From positions 32,188 through 96,187 of the forward strand of contig JBNJJM010000009.1 of the NCBI GenBank assembly GCA_051750305.1: 64,000 bases of DNA, given 5' to 3'. This DNA is from Pseudomonadota bacterium. Its GTDB lineage: Bacteria > Pseudomonadota > Gammaproteobacteria > Pseudomonadales > Oleiphilaceae. A program made the translations under genes and the position numbers. Position 1 is the first letter of the stretch, and the number at the start of each line of letters is the position of its first letter. Shown piece by piece: positions 23,609 through 32,291 of the stretch. Under the pieces are notes generated by a model. That model was not told the DNA's origin. It saw only the letters and a program-made list of their open reading frames with translations, and ran no database searches.

Positions 23609-24805
23609 TCAACTGCGCGGGCCGGACTGAGTAGTGGCAAGCGCTTCTCTGGCAATAACCAGTTCTTCGTTGGTGGGGATGACCATGATGCGGAAGCGGC
23701 TGTCAGAGTCTTCGATACGACCGCCGCTGTACCGACCATGGTGCTGATTGAGGTCGGTGTCGATCGAGAACCCGGCCAGCCCGAGATGACCCAGGGTCTT
23801 GCTCCGCACGAGCGCGCTGTTCTCGCCGATTCCGCCGGTAAACACCAGAGCATCAAGCCGGGTCAGTGACGCCATCATGGCAGCAATATACCGCGCCAGG
23901 CGAAAGCAGAAGACCTCAATGGCCAGAGCCGAAGGTTTGTGACCATGCTCGGCAAGCTCACAAAGGGATCGCATATCGTTGGTCTGGCCCGAGAGCCCCA
24001 GCAAGCCGCTCTCATGGTTGAGAATACGGTGAACTTCTTCCGGATCGATGCCTTTGCCCCGGAGGAAATCAAACAGGCCGGGATCGACATCGCCACTGCG
24101 GGTGCCCATCACCAGGCCTTCGAGCGGTGTAAGCCCCATGCTGGTGTCGACACTGATGCCTTCCCGGATGGCGGTGATGCTGCAGCCGTTACCGAGGTGC
24201 GCCGAGATAATCGAAGTAGTGGCCGGTGTCTTGTCGAGCAGGCGGGCGCTTTCAGTAGCCATGAAGCTATGGCTGGTGCCGTGAAAGCCGTACCGGCGCA
24301 CACCCCAGTCGCGGTAGAACCGTTCGGGCAGGGCATAGCGATAGGCATACTCCGGCAGCGTCTGGTGGAAGGCGGTGTCGAACACAACAACCTGAGGAGT
24401 GTCCGGGAACAGATCGCCGGTGGCTTCGATGCCCGCAAGGTTCACCGGATTGTGCAGCGGGGCAAGACTGGCGCACTGGTCGATGGCCGAGAGGACGTCA
24501 TCGGTGATCAGCGCTGCCTCCCGGAAGGTCTCGCCGCCATGCACCACGCGGTGTCCGATGGCGACGGGCGCCGACGCCAGAAGGTCATGCCGTTGAAATG
24601 CATCTATCAGGGCCTGCAGGGCGTCTTTGTGGCTGGCACCGCTGGCAAGGGGGATGGTTTCTGCTTCGCCGGAGAGGCGGGCAAAGGCGTCGGAGTGGCC
24701 GAGCCGCTCCGCAAGTCCGCCGCCCAGTTTGTTCAGCTCGGAGTCAAACAGTGCAACTTTCAGTGATGAACTGCCACAGTTGATGACCAGTAAGGTGTCG
24801 TCCAT
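23609..24805 (-). CDS. ackA: Acetate kinase
   Basis: LVINCGSSSLK, GHRVVHGG, APLHNP, FDTAFH, HLGNG, GLVMGTRSGDVDP, PTNEEL. Start placed at ATG 24805 after AGGAG. Confidence 0.96.
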   Translation of the reverse strand: MDDTLLVINCGSSSLKVALFDSELNKLGGGLAERLGHSDAFARLSGEAETIPLASGASHKDALQALIDAFQRHDLLASAPVAIGHRVVHGGETFREAALITDDVLSAIDQCASLAPLHNPVNLAGIEATGDLFPDTPQVVVFDTAFHQTLPEYAYRYALPERFYRDWGVRRYGFHGTSHSFMATESARLLDKTPATTSIISAHLGNGCSITAIREGISVDTSMGLTPLEGLVMGTRSGDVDPGLFDFLRGKGIDPEEVHRILNHESGLLGLSGQTNDMRSLCELAEHGHKPSALAIEVFCFRLARYIAAMMASLTRLDALVFTGGIGENSALVRSKTLGHLGLAGFSIDTDLNQHHGRYSGGRIEDSDSRFRIMVIPTNEELVIAREALATTQSGPRS

Positions 24806-24826
24806 GGGAGGTTTGGTTCTCCTCAA

Positions 24827-27244
24827 TCAGGCTTGTACGCGATGGTTGGTGCGCAACCATTTCTCGAATTCGGCTTCCGGGACGGGGCGGCTGTAGAAAT
24901 AACCCTGAGAATAGTCACAACCCTGCTGCTGCAGGAAATGGGTCTGGGCTTCCTCTTCCACTCCTTCCGCAATCACATGAAGACCCAGGCTGTGCGCCAT
25001 GTTGATGATTGCTTTCACCAGAGACGCATCTTCCTGCTCTTTCATGACGTCCTGCACGAAGGACTTGTCGATCTTCAGGGTATCAAAGGGGTAGCTCTTA
25101 AGGTAACTGAGCGCCGAATAACCGGTACCGAAATCATCCACTGACAGCCGGATGCCAGCTGCGTCCAGCTGTTTCAGGATATCCGCCGTCTCGATCGTGT
25201 TATCAAGGATCAGTCTTTCAGTGATTTCCAGTTCCAGCTTCTCTGGCGCCAGCCCGCTGGTTTTCAATGCATTCATAACCGCGGCAGTAAACCCCTGGTC
25301 GCGGAACTGCCGCGGCGAAACATTGACCGAGACTCCGATATCGGTGCCGGTGATTTCCCGCCATCGGACCGCTTTCTGACAGGCTTCGTGGAGCACCCAT
25401 TCGCCAATGGGAATGATCAGGCCGGTTTCCTCTGCCAGCGGAATGAAGCGATCGGGCATCACCATGCCCATGCTGGGATTGTTCCAGCGTAGCAGCGCCT
25501 CGGCGGAACACAGGGCTCCGGTGTCGGTGCGCACAATCGGCTGGAAGTAGAGCTCGAATTCGTTCTGTTCCAGCGCCCGACGCATTCTCGATTCCATCTG
25601 GAGCCGTTCATGGGATACTTCGGTCATCTCCGGTGCGAAGTGGGCGAACGAGCTCTTGCCCTTATGCTTGGCCTGATACATCGCGGCATCCGCGTGCTGG
25701 AGCAGGGTGCCGCTGTTATCGGAGTCGCTCGGGAATATGGCAATGCCGATGCTGGTGGTGACAAAGACTTCCTGGCCGTTCAGCAGGTAGGCGGGCTCGA
25801 AGGTTTTCAGGATGCGCTCGGCCACCTGGGAGGTCGCCTCGGGGCCGGCCAGACCGGGCAGAATGACCAGAAACTCGTCGCCGCCAAGGCGCGCTACCGT
25901 GCTCGTTCCCCGCAGGCAGCTGGAAATGCGGCGTGCGGCCTCAATCAGCAGATTGTCGCCGGCATCGTGGCCGAGGGTGTCATTAATGTGCTTGAAGTTG
26001 TCCAGGTCCAGGAACATGACGCCAACCAGAGAGTTCTCCCTTCGCGCCTGGGCCAGTGCCAGTTTGAGGCGGTCGAGGGCCAGCATCCGGTTGGGCAGTC
26101 CGGTGAGGATGTCGTAGTTCGCCTGTCGCAGCAGCTGCTGTTCGTAGCGCTTGCGGATGCTGATGTCCTCGCCAAGAATCAGGTAACCGGTCGCGTCTCC
26201 GTTGGAGCCCTTGATCGGCGTAACGATCAGTTGTTCCCAGAAGCGCTCGCCGTTACGCCGCACGCTGTTGACCTCGCCCTGCCAGACACCCACCCGCTGA
26301 ACCTGAAGCCGGATGGACTGCCATAAGTGTCGGGTTTCCCGGTGCTCCATGGTGTTATCAGACAATGCACCGGGGTGCTTGCCAAGAATGTTGTTGGCGT
26401 CGTAGCCGGTTAACTGGGTGAACTTCTGGTTGGCGAATTCGATACGCCACTGACGGTCACAGATCAGTACGGAGGAGGGGCTCTGCTCGATCGCTTTGGA
26501 GAATTTTCGGATTTCGGCGGCGTCACGTTCCTGGCGCGCGGCATCGTCGTTGAGACGTTCGCGCATATGGTTGATGGCCTCTGTAACCTGAGCCAGCTCA
26601 TCCCGACGATTCAGGGGAGTATCCGGCCGGTCCAGACGCAGCGGGTTGGTTGGATTGGTCAGGGAAAATTCCCGCGCGTAATTGGCCATGGCCGACAGGT
26701 GTCTGGCGACAAAGTGCTGGAATATCCAGATGATCAGGATGGAGACCAGGAACGTTTTGAAGAACTGGGTAACGAGAATCAGGCCTACTTTGCGTTTCAT
26801 CTCGTTGTAAACGCGGTTGAGGTCGGCCGTTACTGTCAGTTCGCCGAGCTTGAACATCTCATCACCCTGATGCACGAGGTCAAAGCTGTGGGAGGTGGTC
26901 TGTGATTCTCTGGGGACCTCCCCCATGACCAGTTCGGAGTCCGGCTCTATCCGCAGCCTCAAATGAACCACGTCCGGCATGCTGAGGATGCCTTCCATCT
27001 GGGTTTGCAGCAGTTTCTGATCAAGCGCCCACAAACTTCGCGCCAGGCTTGAGGCGTAGCCGGTTTCCACGACCATCATGCGATTGTCGATCTGGGTCAG
27101 ATCCTTGCGGTAATCGGAGTACAGCTGAATAGCGGAGGCGATGAGGGTAAACAGCGAGCTGAAAAGCAGAATCCATGCAAGAAGCCGGAATGACAGGGGA
27201 GACCCCGTTCGGAAACGTTGGAGACGTGTCGACAGTTTTTGCAT
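24827..27244 (-). CDS. Membrane-anchored HAMP-PAS-GGDEF-EAL c-di-GMP protein
   Basis: Two TM segments flanking a periplasmic domain, RRDELAQV HAMP, PAS, ARLGGDEF, AEALLRW, DDFGTGYS. No RxxD I-site (RGTS). Confidence 0.93.
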   Translation of the reverse strand: MQKLSTRLQRFRTGSPLSFRLLAWILLFSSLFTLIASAIQLYSDYRKDLTQIDNRMMVVETGYASSLARSLWALDQKLLQTQMEGILSMPDVVHLRLRIEPDSELVMGEVPRESQTTSHSFDLVHQGDEMFKLGELTVTADLNRVYNEMKRKVGLILVTQFFKTFLVSILIIWIFQHFVARHLSAMANYAREFSLTNPTNPLRLDRPDTPLNRRDELAQVTEAINHMRERLNDDAARQERDAAEIRKFSKAIEQSPSSVLICDRQWRIEFANQKFTQLTGYDANNILGKHPGALSDNTMEHRETRHLWQSIRLQVQRVGVWQGEVNSVRRNGERFWEQLIVTPIKGSNGDATGYLILGEDISIRKRYEQQLLRQANYDILTGLPNRMLALDRLKLALAQARRENSLVGVMFLDLDNFKHINDTLGHDAGDNLLIEAARRISSCLRGTSTVARLGGDEFLVILPGLAGPEATSQVAERILKTFEPAYLLNGQEVFVTTSIGIAIFPSDSDNSGTLLQHADAAMYQAKHKGKSSFAHFAPEMTEVSHERLQMESRMRRALEQNEFELYFQPIVRTDTGALCSAEALLRWNNPSMGMVMPDRFIPLAEETGLIIPIGEWVLHEACQKAVRWREITGTDIGVSVNVSPRQFRDQGFTAAVMNALKTSGLAPEKLELEITERLILDNTIETADILKQLDAAGIRLSVDDFGTGYSALSYLKSYPFDTLKIDKSFVQDVMKEQEDASLVKAIINMAHSLGLHVIAEGVEEEAQTHFLQQQGCDYSQGYFYSRPVPEAEFEKWLRTNHRVQA

Positions 27245-27405
27245 GCCGTTACTTCAGCCACCCTGACAGTGAAACGTGGAACGGATAGGTAGTTACCCTC
27301 AGGACTATAGCAGCAGTTTCTTGCAAGTGCCTTGCAAATACAGGAAAAATCGAAAGAAATGTGGTCAGGTTCCGGCTTTTGGGAATGATATATCCGACAT
27401 GCGGG

Positions 27406-27447
27406 TTGATGCAGATCAATACAGGCCAGACGGGTCGGGCGTAATCT
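27406..27447 (+). promoter_or_regulatory. FNR/Anr-dependent class II promoter (FNR box 27406-27419, -10 TAATCT 27442-27447)
   Basis: Perfect TTGAT-GCAG-ATCAA. Centre 27412.5 is 41.5 bp upstream of the start site (about 27454) implied by the -10 element. Confidence 0.85.
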
Positions 27448-27485
27448 GAGAACCATCAAGTTATGGAACTGTTGGAGATCGGAAT

Positions 27486-27641
27486 ATGTATATGGACGCG
27501 GTCGTTATAGCCGGTATTGCTACAGTATTACTGATGGTGGGCTTTCTTGTGGCGGTGGGGGTCTTCGTGATGAGAGACGCGAAGCACCAGAAGCAGACTG
27601 AGGGCAAGAGAGCCCAGCACCCGACTGGTAAGGCAGTCTGA
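27486..27641 (+). CDS. 51-aa single-TM peptide, CcoM-like (cbb3 oxidase small subunit family)
   Basis: MYMDAVVIAGIATVLLMVGFLVAVGVFVMRDAKHQKQTEGKRAQHPTGKAV*. GGAG RBS and FNR box upstream. Pattern D-x-V-V-x-A-G...L-M-V-x-F...F-x2-[RK]-D matches recalled Pseudomonas CcoM. Below the ORF-track length cutoff. Confidence 0.72.
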   Translation: MYMDAVVIAGIATVLLMVGFLVAVGVFVMRDAKHQKQTEGKRAQHPTGKAV

Positions 27642-27652
27642 CTGAAGAAAAT

Positions 27653-27728
27653 TGGCGTCCCCTAGGGGGTTCGAACCCCTGTTGCCGCCGTGAAAGGGCG
27701 GAGTCCTAGGCCACTAGACGAAGGGGAC
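27653..27728 (-). tRNA. tRNA-Glu(TTC)
   Basis: Reverse complement GTCCCCTTCGTCTAGTGGCCTAGGACTCCGCCCTTTCACGGCGGCAACAGGGGTTCGAACCCCCTAGGGGACGCCA, 76 nt with CCA. Confidence 0.97.
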
Positions 27729-27767
27729 GCAACGTTCTTACTGACTTGCCTCGTCGAGGTGGCGCGT

Positions 27768-27796
27768 ATATTAAGTAACGTTCTTATGCCTGTCAA
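27768..27796 (-). promoter_or_regulatory. sigma70 promoter of tRNA-Glu
   Basis: Minus strand TTGACA-17 bp-TAATAT followed by GC-rich discriminator ACGCGCC. Confidence 0.8.
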
Positions 27797-27815
27797 ACGC
27801 TTTCTTGAAAAAAAA

Positions 27816-28385
27816 TCAGGATTGCGGATTATTCAGGCAATGCTTCAATTCGCTGGCAAGGTTGTCGAAAACCACCAGCGCACCTTCATCCTCATACAAT
27901 CGGTATAATGCCGTCGCCATGGTGTGATGGACCGGTGTCAGGCTGGACTTCACGTCAGGCAACGGCGCGCTCATTATGGCGGCCAGGGTGATTTCGTACC
28001 TGACCTTGTTTTCGCCCGCGCAGAAATGAAAGCTGCTTTCGCGGCTGCCCGCTTCCGGCATGCCGTTGTGTCGGAACACCTGTCGTGCGCAGGCCGCGTA
28101 CTCTGAATGAATTGTCGAATAGGTCTCGATAAGCCCGTCTGTCCGTGACAGCTCAAGCAGGCTGTCGACGCGCTGTTGGGCTGGCGCACTGATGTCGGGC
28201 AGCGAGGCCTTGAGTACGTTTTCATCCAATCCGCGAGAAGCCAGTTGTAATACCGTCAGATATTCTCCCGCAATCAGGCTGCAGGACTCGTAGCTGTGCA
28301 CGGCAGTGCCCGCCAAAGGGGCTTTTCCCGGCACCAGGACGGCCAGGGCGACGGCAGTGAGAAAGGGGAGGCAGGTCGCTTTCAC
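27816..28385 (-). CDS. Hypothetical exported protein with two Cys-flanked internal repeats
   Basis: GTG start overlaps the upstream TGA (GTGA). Signal-peptide-like MKATCLPFLTAVALAVLVPG. Four Cys in the mature region. Confidence 0.72.
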   Translation of the reverse strand: MKATCLPFLTAVALAVLVPGKAPLAGTAVHSYESCSLIAGEYLTVLQLASRGLDENVLKASLPDISAPAQQRVDSLLELSRTDGLIETYSTIHSEYAACARQVFRHNGMPEAGSRESSFHFCAGENKVRYEITLAAIMSAPLPDVKSSLTPVHHTMATALYRLYEDEGALVVFDNLASELKHCLNNPQS

Positions 28386-29284
28386 CGCACACAATCCGCC
28401 AACGCTTCCCGCAGTTCGGGGTGCTGGAACGTGAAGCCCTGCTGCAACAGTTTTTCGGGCATCGCCTGCTGGCCGGTGAGCAGCAACCTCGACATCTCAC
28501 CCAGCGCCAGTTTCAGGACCGGCTCGGGGGCGGGAAACACCGCGGGCCGGTGCAGAACAGCGGCGAGACAGCGGGTGAATTCCCGGTTAGTCACAGGGTT
28601 TGGGCTGACCACGTTGTAGGCGCCGGTGGCCTGTTCTGATTCCAGCATGAACATCAACGCTGAAACGACATCGTCCCGGTGAATCCATGGCATGTATTGC
28701 TGCCCGGAGCCGAGGCGCCCGCCCAGGCCGAGGCGGAAAGGCAGGAGCATGCGCTGCAGAAAACCACCGCCCGGACCGGCGACGACTCCGGTTCGCGACA
28801 GGCATACGCGTACGCCCTCGGCCTCGAGTTCCAGTGCCTCGGCTTCCCAGTCCTTACACAAGCGGTGGCTGAATTCGTCATTGGGGGGCGTCGCCTCAGT
28901 GACCACTGCGCTGCCCTGATCACCATAGAAGCCGACGGCTGAGCCGGAGACCAGGACCCTGGGGGCCGATGACCAGCTTCTGGCGGTCGCTACCAGTTCG
29001 CGGGTAAGGGCGATGCGGCTGTCTCTGAGTTCCTGTTTGCGTTGTTCCGACCAGCGTTGGTCCGCGATACCTTCCCCTGCCAGGTTGATGACCGCATCAA
29101 AGCCGGGATGCTCCTGTAACATGGACAGCCTGGCGACGGCCTCAACGCGGCCACAAATCGCCTTTACGTCGGCCTCATTGCGCCGACTCAGCACCGTGAG
29201 GTTGTATCCTTTGGCGATGAGCCTCGGGCAAAGTACCTGGCCGATGAAACCGGTGCCCCCGGTGACAAGAATGCGCTTGCTCAT
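28382..29284 (-). CDS. TIGR01777 family NAD-dependent epimerase/oxidoreductase (YfcH-like)
   Basis: RILVTGGTGFIG, INLAGEGIA..RW, SGSAVGFYG, MPWIHRDD, LLLTGQ. Confidence 0.93.
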   Translation of the reverse strand: MSKRILVTGGTGFIGQVLCPRLIAKGYNLTVLSRRNEADVKAICGRVEAVARLSMLQEHPGFDAVINLAGEGIADQRWSEQRKQELRDSRIALTRELVATARSWSSAPRVLVSGSAVGFYGDQGSAVVTEATPPNDEFSHRLCKDWEAEALELEAEGVRVCLSRTGVVAGPGGGFLQRMLLPFRLGLGGRLGSGQQYMPWIHRDDVVSALMFMLESEQATGAYNVVSPNPVTNREFTRCLAAVLHRPAVFPAPEPVLKLALGEMSRLLLTGQQAMPEKLLQQGFTFQHPELREALADCVR

Positions 29285-29334
29285 TGGATAGCTCCCTTAA
29301 TCCGGTCAGTCGGGCAATGGATTCCCCGTCCTGC

Positions 29335-29703
29335 TTATTTTGCCAGTTCCTGTTCGACCACGTCGCGAATTGCTTCACCAAGCTGTGGATTTTCACCAAT
29401 CGGAGGTGCCAGGCCGATAGTGACATCAAGCGACTCTTCAAGTGCCGAGATCATGGCGGGCACATCCTTGCGTAAGTGGCGGCCGGCAGCCAGAAACAGG
29501 GGGATGACCCTGAATGTTCGAACTCCGTCGCCCACGCCTGCTTTCACGATGGTTTCAAGGGAGGGCTCGGCCAGCTCCATGTAGGCTATCCGCGCGCCGG
29601 GTATTGATTGCACGGTCGGAGCGGCCAGCTGCTCGAAGGTTCTGCACCAGCGCTCGTCGCTGCTGCCATGGGCCAGAAGAATGATACGATGTTGCTCGGA
29701 CAT
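29335..29703 (-). CDS. Single-domain CbiX/SirB-type sirohydrochlorin chelatase
   Basis: ILLAHGSS, AYMELAEPSL, PLFLAAGRHLRKDVP, PPIG. Start placed at ATG 29703. Confidence 0.85.
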   Translation of the reverse strand: MSEQHRIILLAHGSSDERWCRTFEQLAAPTVQSIPGARIAYMELAEPSLETIVKAGVGDGVRTFRVIPLFLAAGRHLRKDVPAMISALEESLDVTIGLAPPIGENPQLGEAIRDVVEQELAK

Positions 29704-29809
29704 GGGGGCTCCTGTGAACAATCCGGGGCTCGGTGTCGTAAAGTGTAACGCAAAGGCCAGAGGCCCGAGGCGATGATTTCCGTTTCACCACAGATCTGGG
29801 TACCCCGGT

Positions 29810-30412
29810 ATGTTCGATTGGAAAGACATTCTGGATTTCTGGTTTGGCGAACTTGATGATGAGGGCCTGCCTGACAGCTTTCATCGCAATCGATGGTTCC
29901 GCTCGGACCGCCGTTTTGATCAGGAAATACGTCGCCGCTTCCTCTCGCTGGTGCTGTTTGCATCCGAGGGGGGGCTGAGTCACTGGCGGCAATCTCCCGG
30001 TGGAGCGCTTGCCGAAATTCTCATGCTGGACCAGTTTGCCCGCAATATCTATCGGGGCAGTGCGCTGGCATTCGAGCACGACCACCTCGCCCGTAAACTC
30101 ACTCGCCAGGCCATGGATAAGGGGCAGGACATGTCACTGCCAGCCGTGCAGAGGGCTTTCCTCTACATGCCCCTGGAGCATTCCGAGCGGCGCGCGGACC
30201 AGGCACTGTCGCTGGAATGCTATGAGCAACTCGCGGCGGCCACCGATGGCATGCTGGGCAACTTCATGCAGAGCTTTTTGCAGGCAGCCCGGGATCACCG
30301 TGCCATTATCAGCGAATTCGGACGCTTCCCCCATCGTAACGCTGCCCTCAAGCGCCCATCGACCCCCGAAGAAGCCGCCTACCTTGAACAGGGGCGTCGT
30401 TTCGGTCAGTGA
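29810..30412 (+). CDS. DUF924 family protein
   Basis: ILDFWF, LAEILMLDQFARNIYRG, FLYMPLEHSE, FGRFPHRNAAL.R.ST.EE. Confidence 0.92.
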   Translation: MFDWKDILDFWFGELDDEGLPDSFHRNRWFRSDRRFDQEIRRRFLSLVLFASEGGLSHWRQSPGGALAEILMLDQFARNIYRGSALAFEHDHLARKLTRQAMDKGQDMSLPAVQRAFLYMPLEHSERRADQALSLECYEQLAAATDGMLGNFMQSFLQAARDHRAIISEFGRFPHRNAALKRPSTPEEAAYLEQGRRFGQ

Positions 30413-30585
30413 AAACAAAGGCAATCTGCTGACCGGGAGGAGCGAACCTGAAAACTGCCGAACCGGTCAAAGTTTGGCATCGCCATTTCCGTCATCATTT
30501 ACAAAAGTTAACAATAGCCCCGGGTAAACCGGCAAGGCTTCCGGCGTAGTTGCGGAGGCAGAGGCGATGAAACAGGAAATGGGTC

Positions 30586-31311
30586 ATGGGTCGGGCGCAG
30601 AGCATCAGTTTATGGCAGGTTGGTGAACTCCCGGAGGAACGTTCTTTTCGGGAATCGATACGCTACAGCGGTCGCAAGGCGGCAAGAGCAAAAAGTGAGC
30701 AACGGCGCTTACAGATTCTCGAGGCCACCCTGCGCATCGCCGCGAGGGACGGCCTGAAAGGTATCAAACACCGTGCGGTGGCCCGCGAAGCCGGCGTGCC
30801 ACTGGCCGCAACGACCTATTACTTTCGCGACATCGGCGAACTGATCAGTGACTCCTTTATGCTCTTCGCGGAGAAGGCCCGCGAAGAACTCGGGCGCTTC
30901 TATGACACCGTTAATCTGGTACTGGACAACGTGCCTGAGGAGACCCTGATCCGTGGAGGGGCAGGGAGGGCGGCGCTGGCAACCCGACTGAGTGCGATCG
31001 CAACCGCTTATCTGGCCGAACAGTTCACAGAAAGGCGCGAGCAGATGCTGGCGGAACAGGTCTTTCTGATGGAGTCGCTGAGAGACGAGCGGCTTGCCGG
31101 TCTGGCGCGGAATTATCGCAGTGTGTGGGTCGCAGGGCTGGAGCAGATCCTGCACAGACTTGATTCTCCGGCGCCGGCGCGGGACGCCTCGTTGCTTGTC
31201 AATGTTGTATTGGGTCTTGGCTATGACCACCTGTTGAATCGCCGAAATGCGGATCGGGAGGCGCTTGAAGAGGCGGTTCGCCGTATGGTGTGTCTGGTGC
31301 TGGTGGTTTGA
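30586..31311 (+). CDS. TetR/AcrR family transcriptional regulator
   Basis: RRLQILEATLRIAARDG...HRAVAREAGVPLAATTYYF HTH. Confidence 0.9.
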   Translation: MGRAQSISLWQVGELPEERSFRESIRYSGRKAARAKSEQRRLQILEATLRIAARDGLKGIKHRAVAREAGVPLAATTYYFRDIGELISDSFMLFAEKAREELGRFYDTVNLVLDNVPEETLIRGGAGRAALATRLSAIATAYLAEQFTERREQMLAEQVFLMESLRDERLAGLARNYRSVWVAGLEQILHRLDSPAPARDASLLVNVVLGLGYDHLLNRRNADREALEEAVRRMVCLVLVV

Positions 31312-31457
31312 TGTACCGGTGTGTGCCGGATTGTATGAATAATGTACAGCATGATCGGTGTCGCGAATTTCCCTGTTAAAATGGCGCACACTTGAGCTCG
31401 GGGTCGTGGTTATTCCGCGGGCCTGTTTTGAGCCGAACTGACAGGGTTTGCCGAATA

Positions 31458-32186
31458 ATGAAACGTAACCAATCCAGCCGCGGTTTTTTCTCAGGGCTCG
31501 TGCTGACAGCGATCGTCTCGTTGCCGGCTCCTGCTGCAGCATCTGCTTTCGAGTCATCGCTTCTGGCCCGGCTCGCAGGTGTTGCCCCGGCACTGAACAT
31601 TGAGGTTCTGCAGCGGGCGCTAAGGGCGTCTGCATGCGCTGTCAGCAACGGCGTGGTGATGCCGGAACGGCTGGCAGTTATTGATTTTTCGCTCCCTTCC
31701 AGTGAAAAGCGGCTGTGGATCTTTGATTTGCAAAGCGGTGAACTCGTGCTTCGGGACCTGGTGGCGCATGGCAAAAATTCCGGCAACCTGGAATCTACCG
31801 CGTTCTCCAATATCGAAGGCAGTCACCAGTCCAGTATTGGCCTGTTCAGAGCGAGCGAGTCGTACCGCGGCAAGCACGGTTATTCCCTGCGGCTGGATGG
31901 TCTGGAGCCGGGTATCAATGATCTGGCCCGACAGCGGGCCATCGTTATCCACGGAGCCGACTATGTGAATGACTCCTGGGTCCGGGATTATGGCCGCATC
32001 GGCCGGAGCCATGGCTGCCCGGCGGTGGATCAGCAGGTGATCAGGCAGGTGGTGGACAATCTCAAGGGCGGCCAGCTGGTCTTTAAGTACTATCCGGATC
32101 AGCAGTGGCTGCAATCGTCCGGCTACCTGAATTGCGACACCGGGCGCATGGCTAGCGCATCGGGGCAGGGTGCAGACCGAAGCTGA
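31458..32186 (+). CDS. Murein L,D-transpeptidase catalytic-domain (YkuD_2-type) protein, exported
   Basis: VIDFSLPSSEKRLWIFDL, VAHGKNSG, SSIGLF, RAIVIHGADY, GRSHGCPAV. Start placed at ATG 31458. Confidence 0.88.
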   Translation: MKRNQSSRGFFSGLVLTAIVSLPAPAAASAFESSLLARLAGVAPALNIEVLQRALRASACAVSNGVVMPERLAVIDFSLPSSEKRLWIFDLQSGELVLRDLVAHGKNSGNLESTAFSNIEGSHQSSIGLFRASESYRGKHGYSLRLDGLEPGINDLARQRAIVIHGADYVNDSWVRDYGRIGRSHGCPAVDQQVIRQVVDNLKGGQLVFKYYPDQQWLQSSGYLNCDTGRMASASGQGADRS

Positions 32187-32227
32187 TCAGACCTTGATCA
32201 GGCGGTCAAAAAGTTGGAAAAAAGTGG

Positions 32228-32255
32228 TTGACGACCGCGAACGAATCCGTAGAAT
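32228..32255 (+). promoter_or_regulatory. sigma70 promoter of tRNA-Gly
   Basis: TTGACG-16 bp-TAGAAT followed by GC-rich ACGCCTCC. Confidence 0.75.
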
Positions 32256-32291
32256 ACGCCTCCGTTGTCGGCATCAAGCCAGCAGCGTAAA

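Noticed and set aside
31320-31350. Possible LexA box upstream of the L,D-transpeptidase
   Set aside because: ACAG half-site present but no CTGT at 8-bp spacing.
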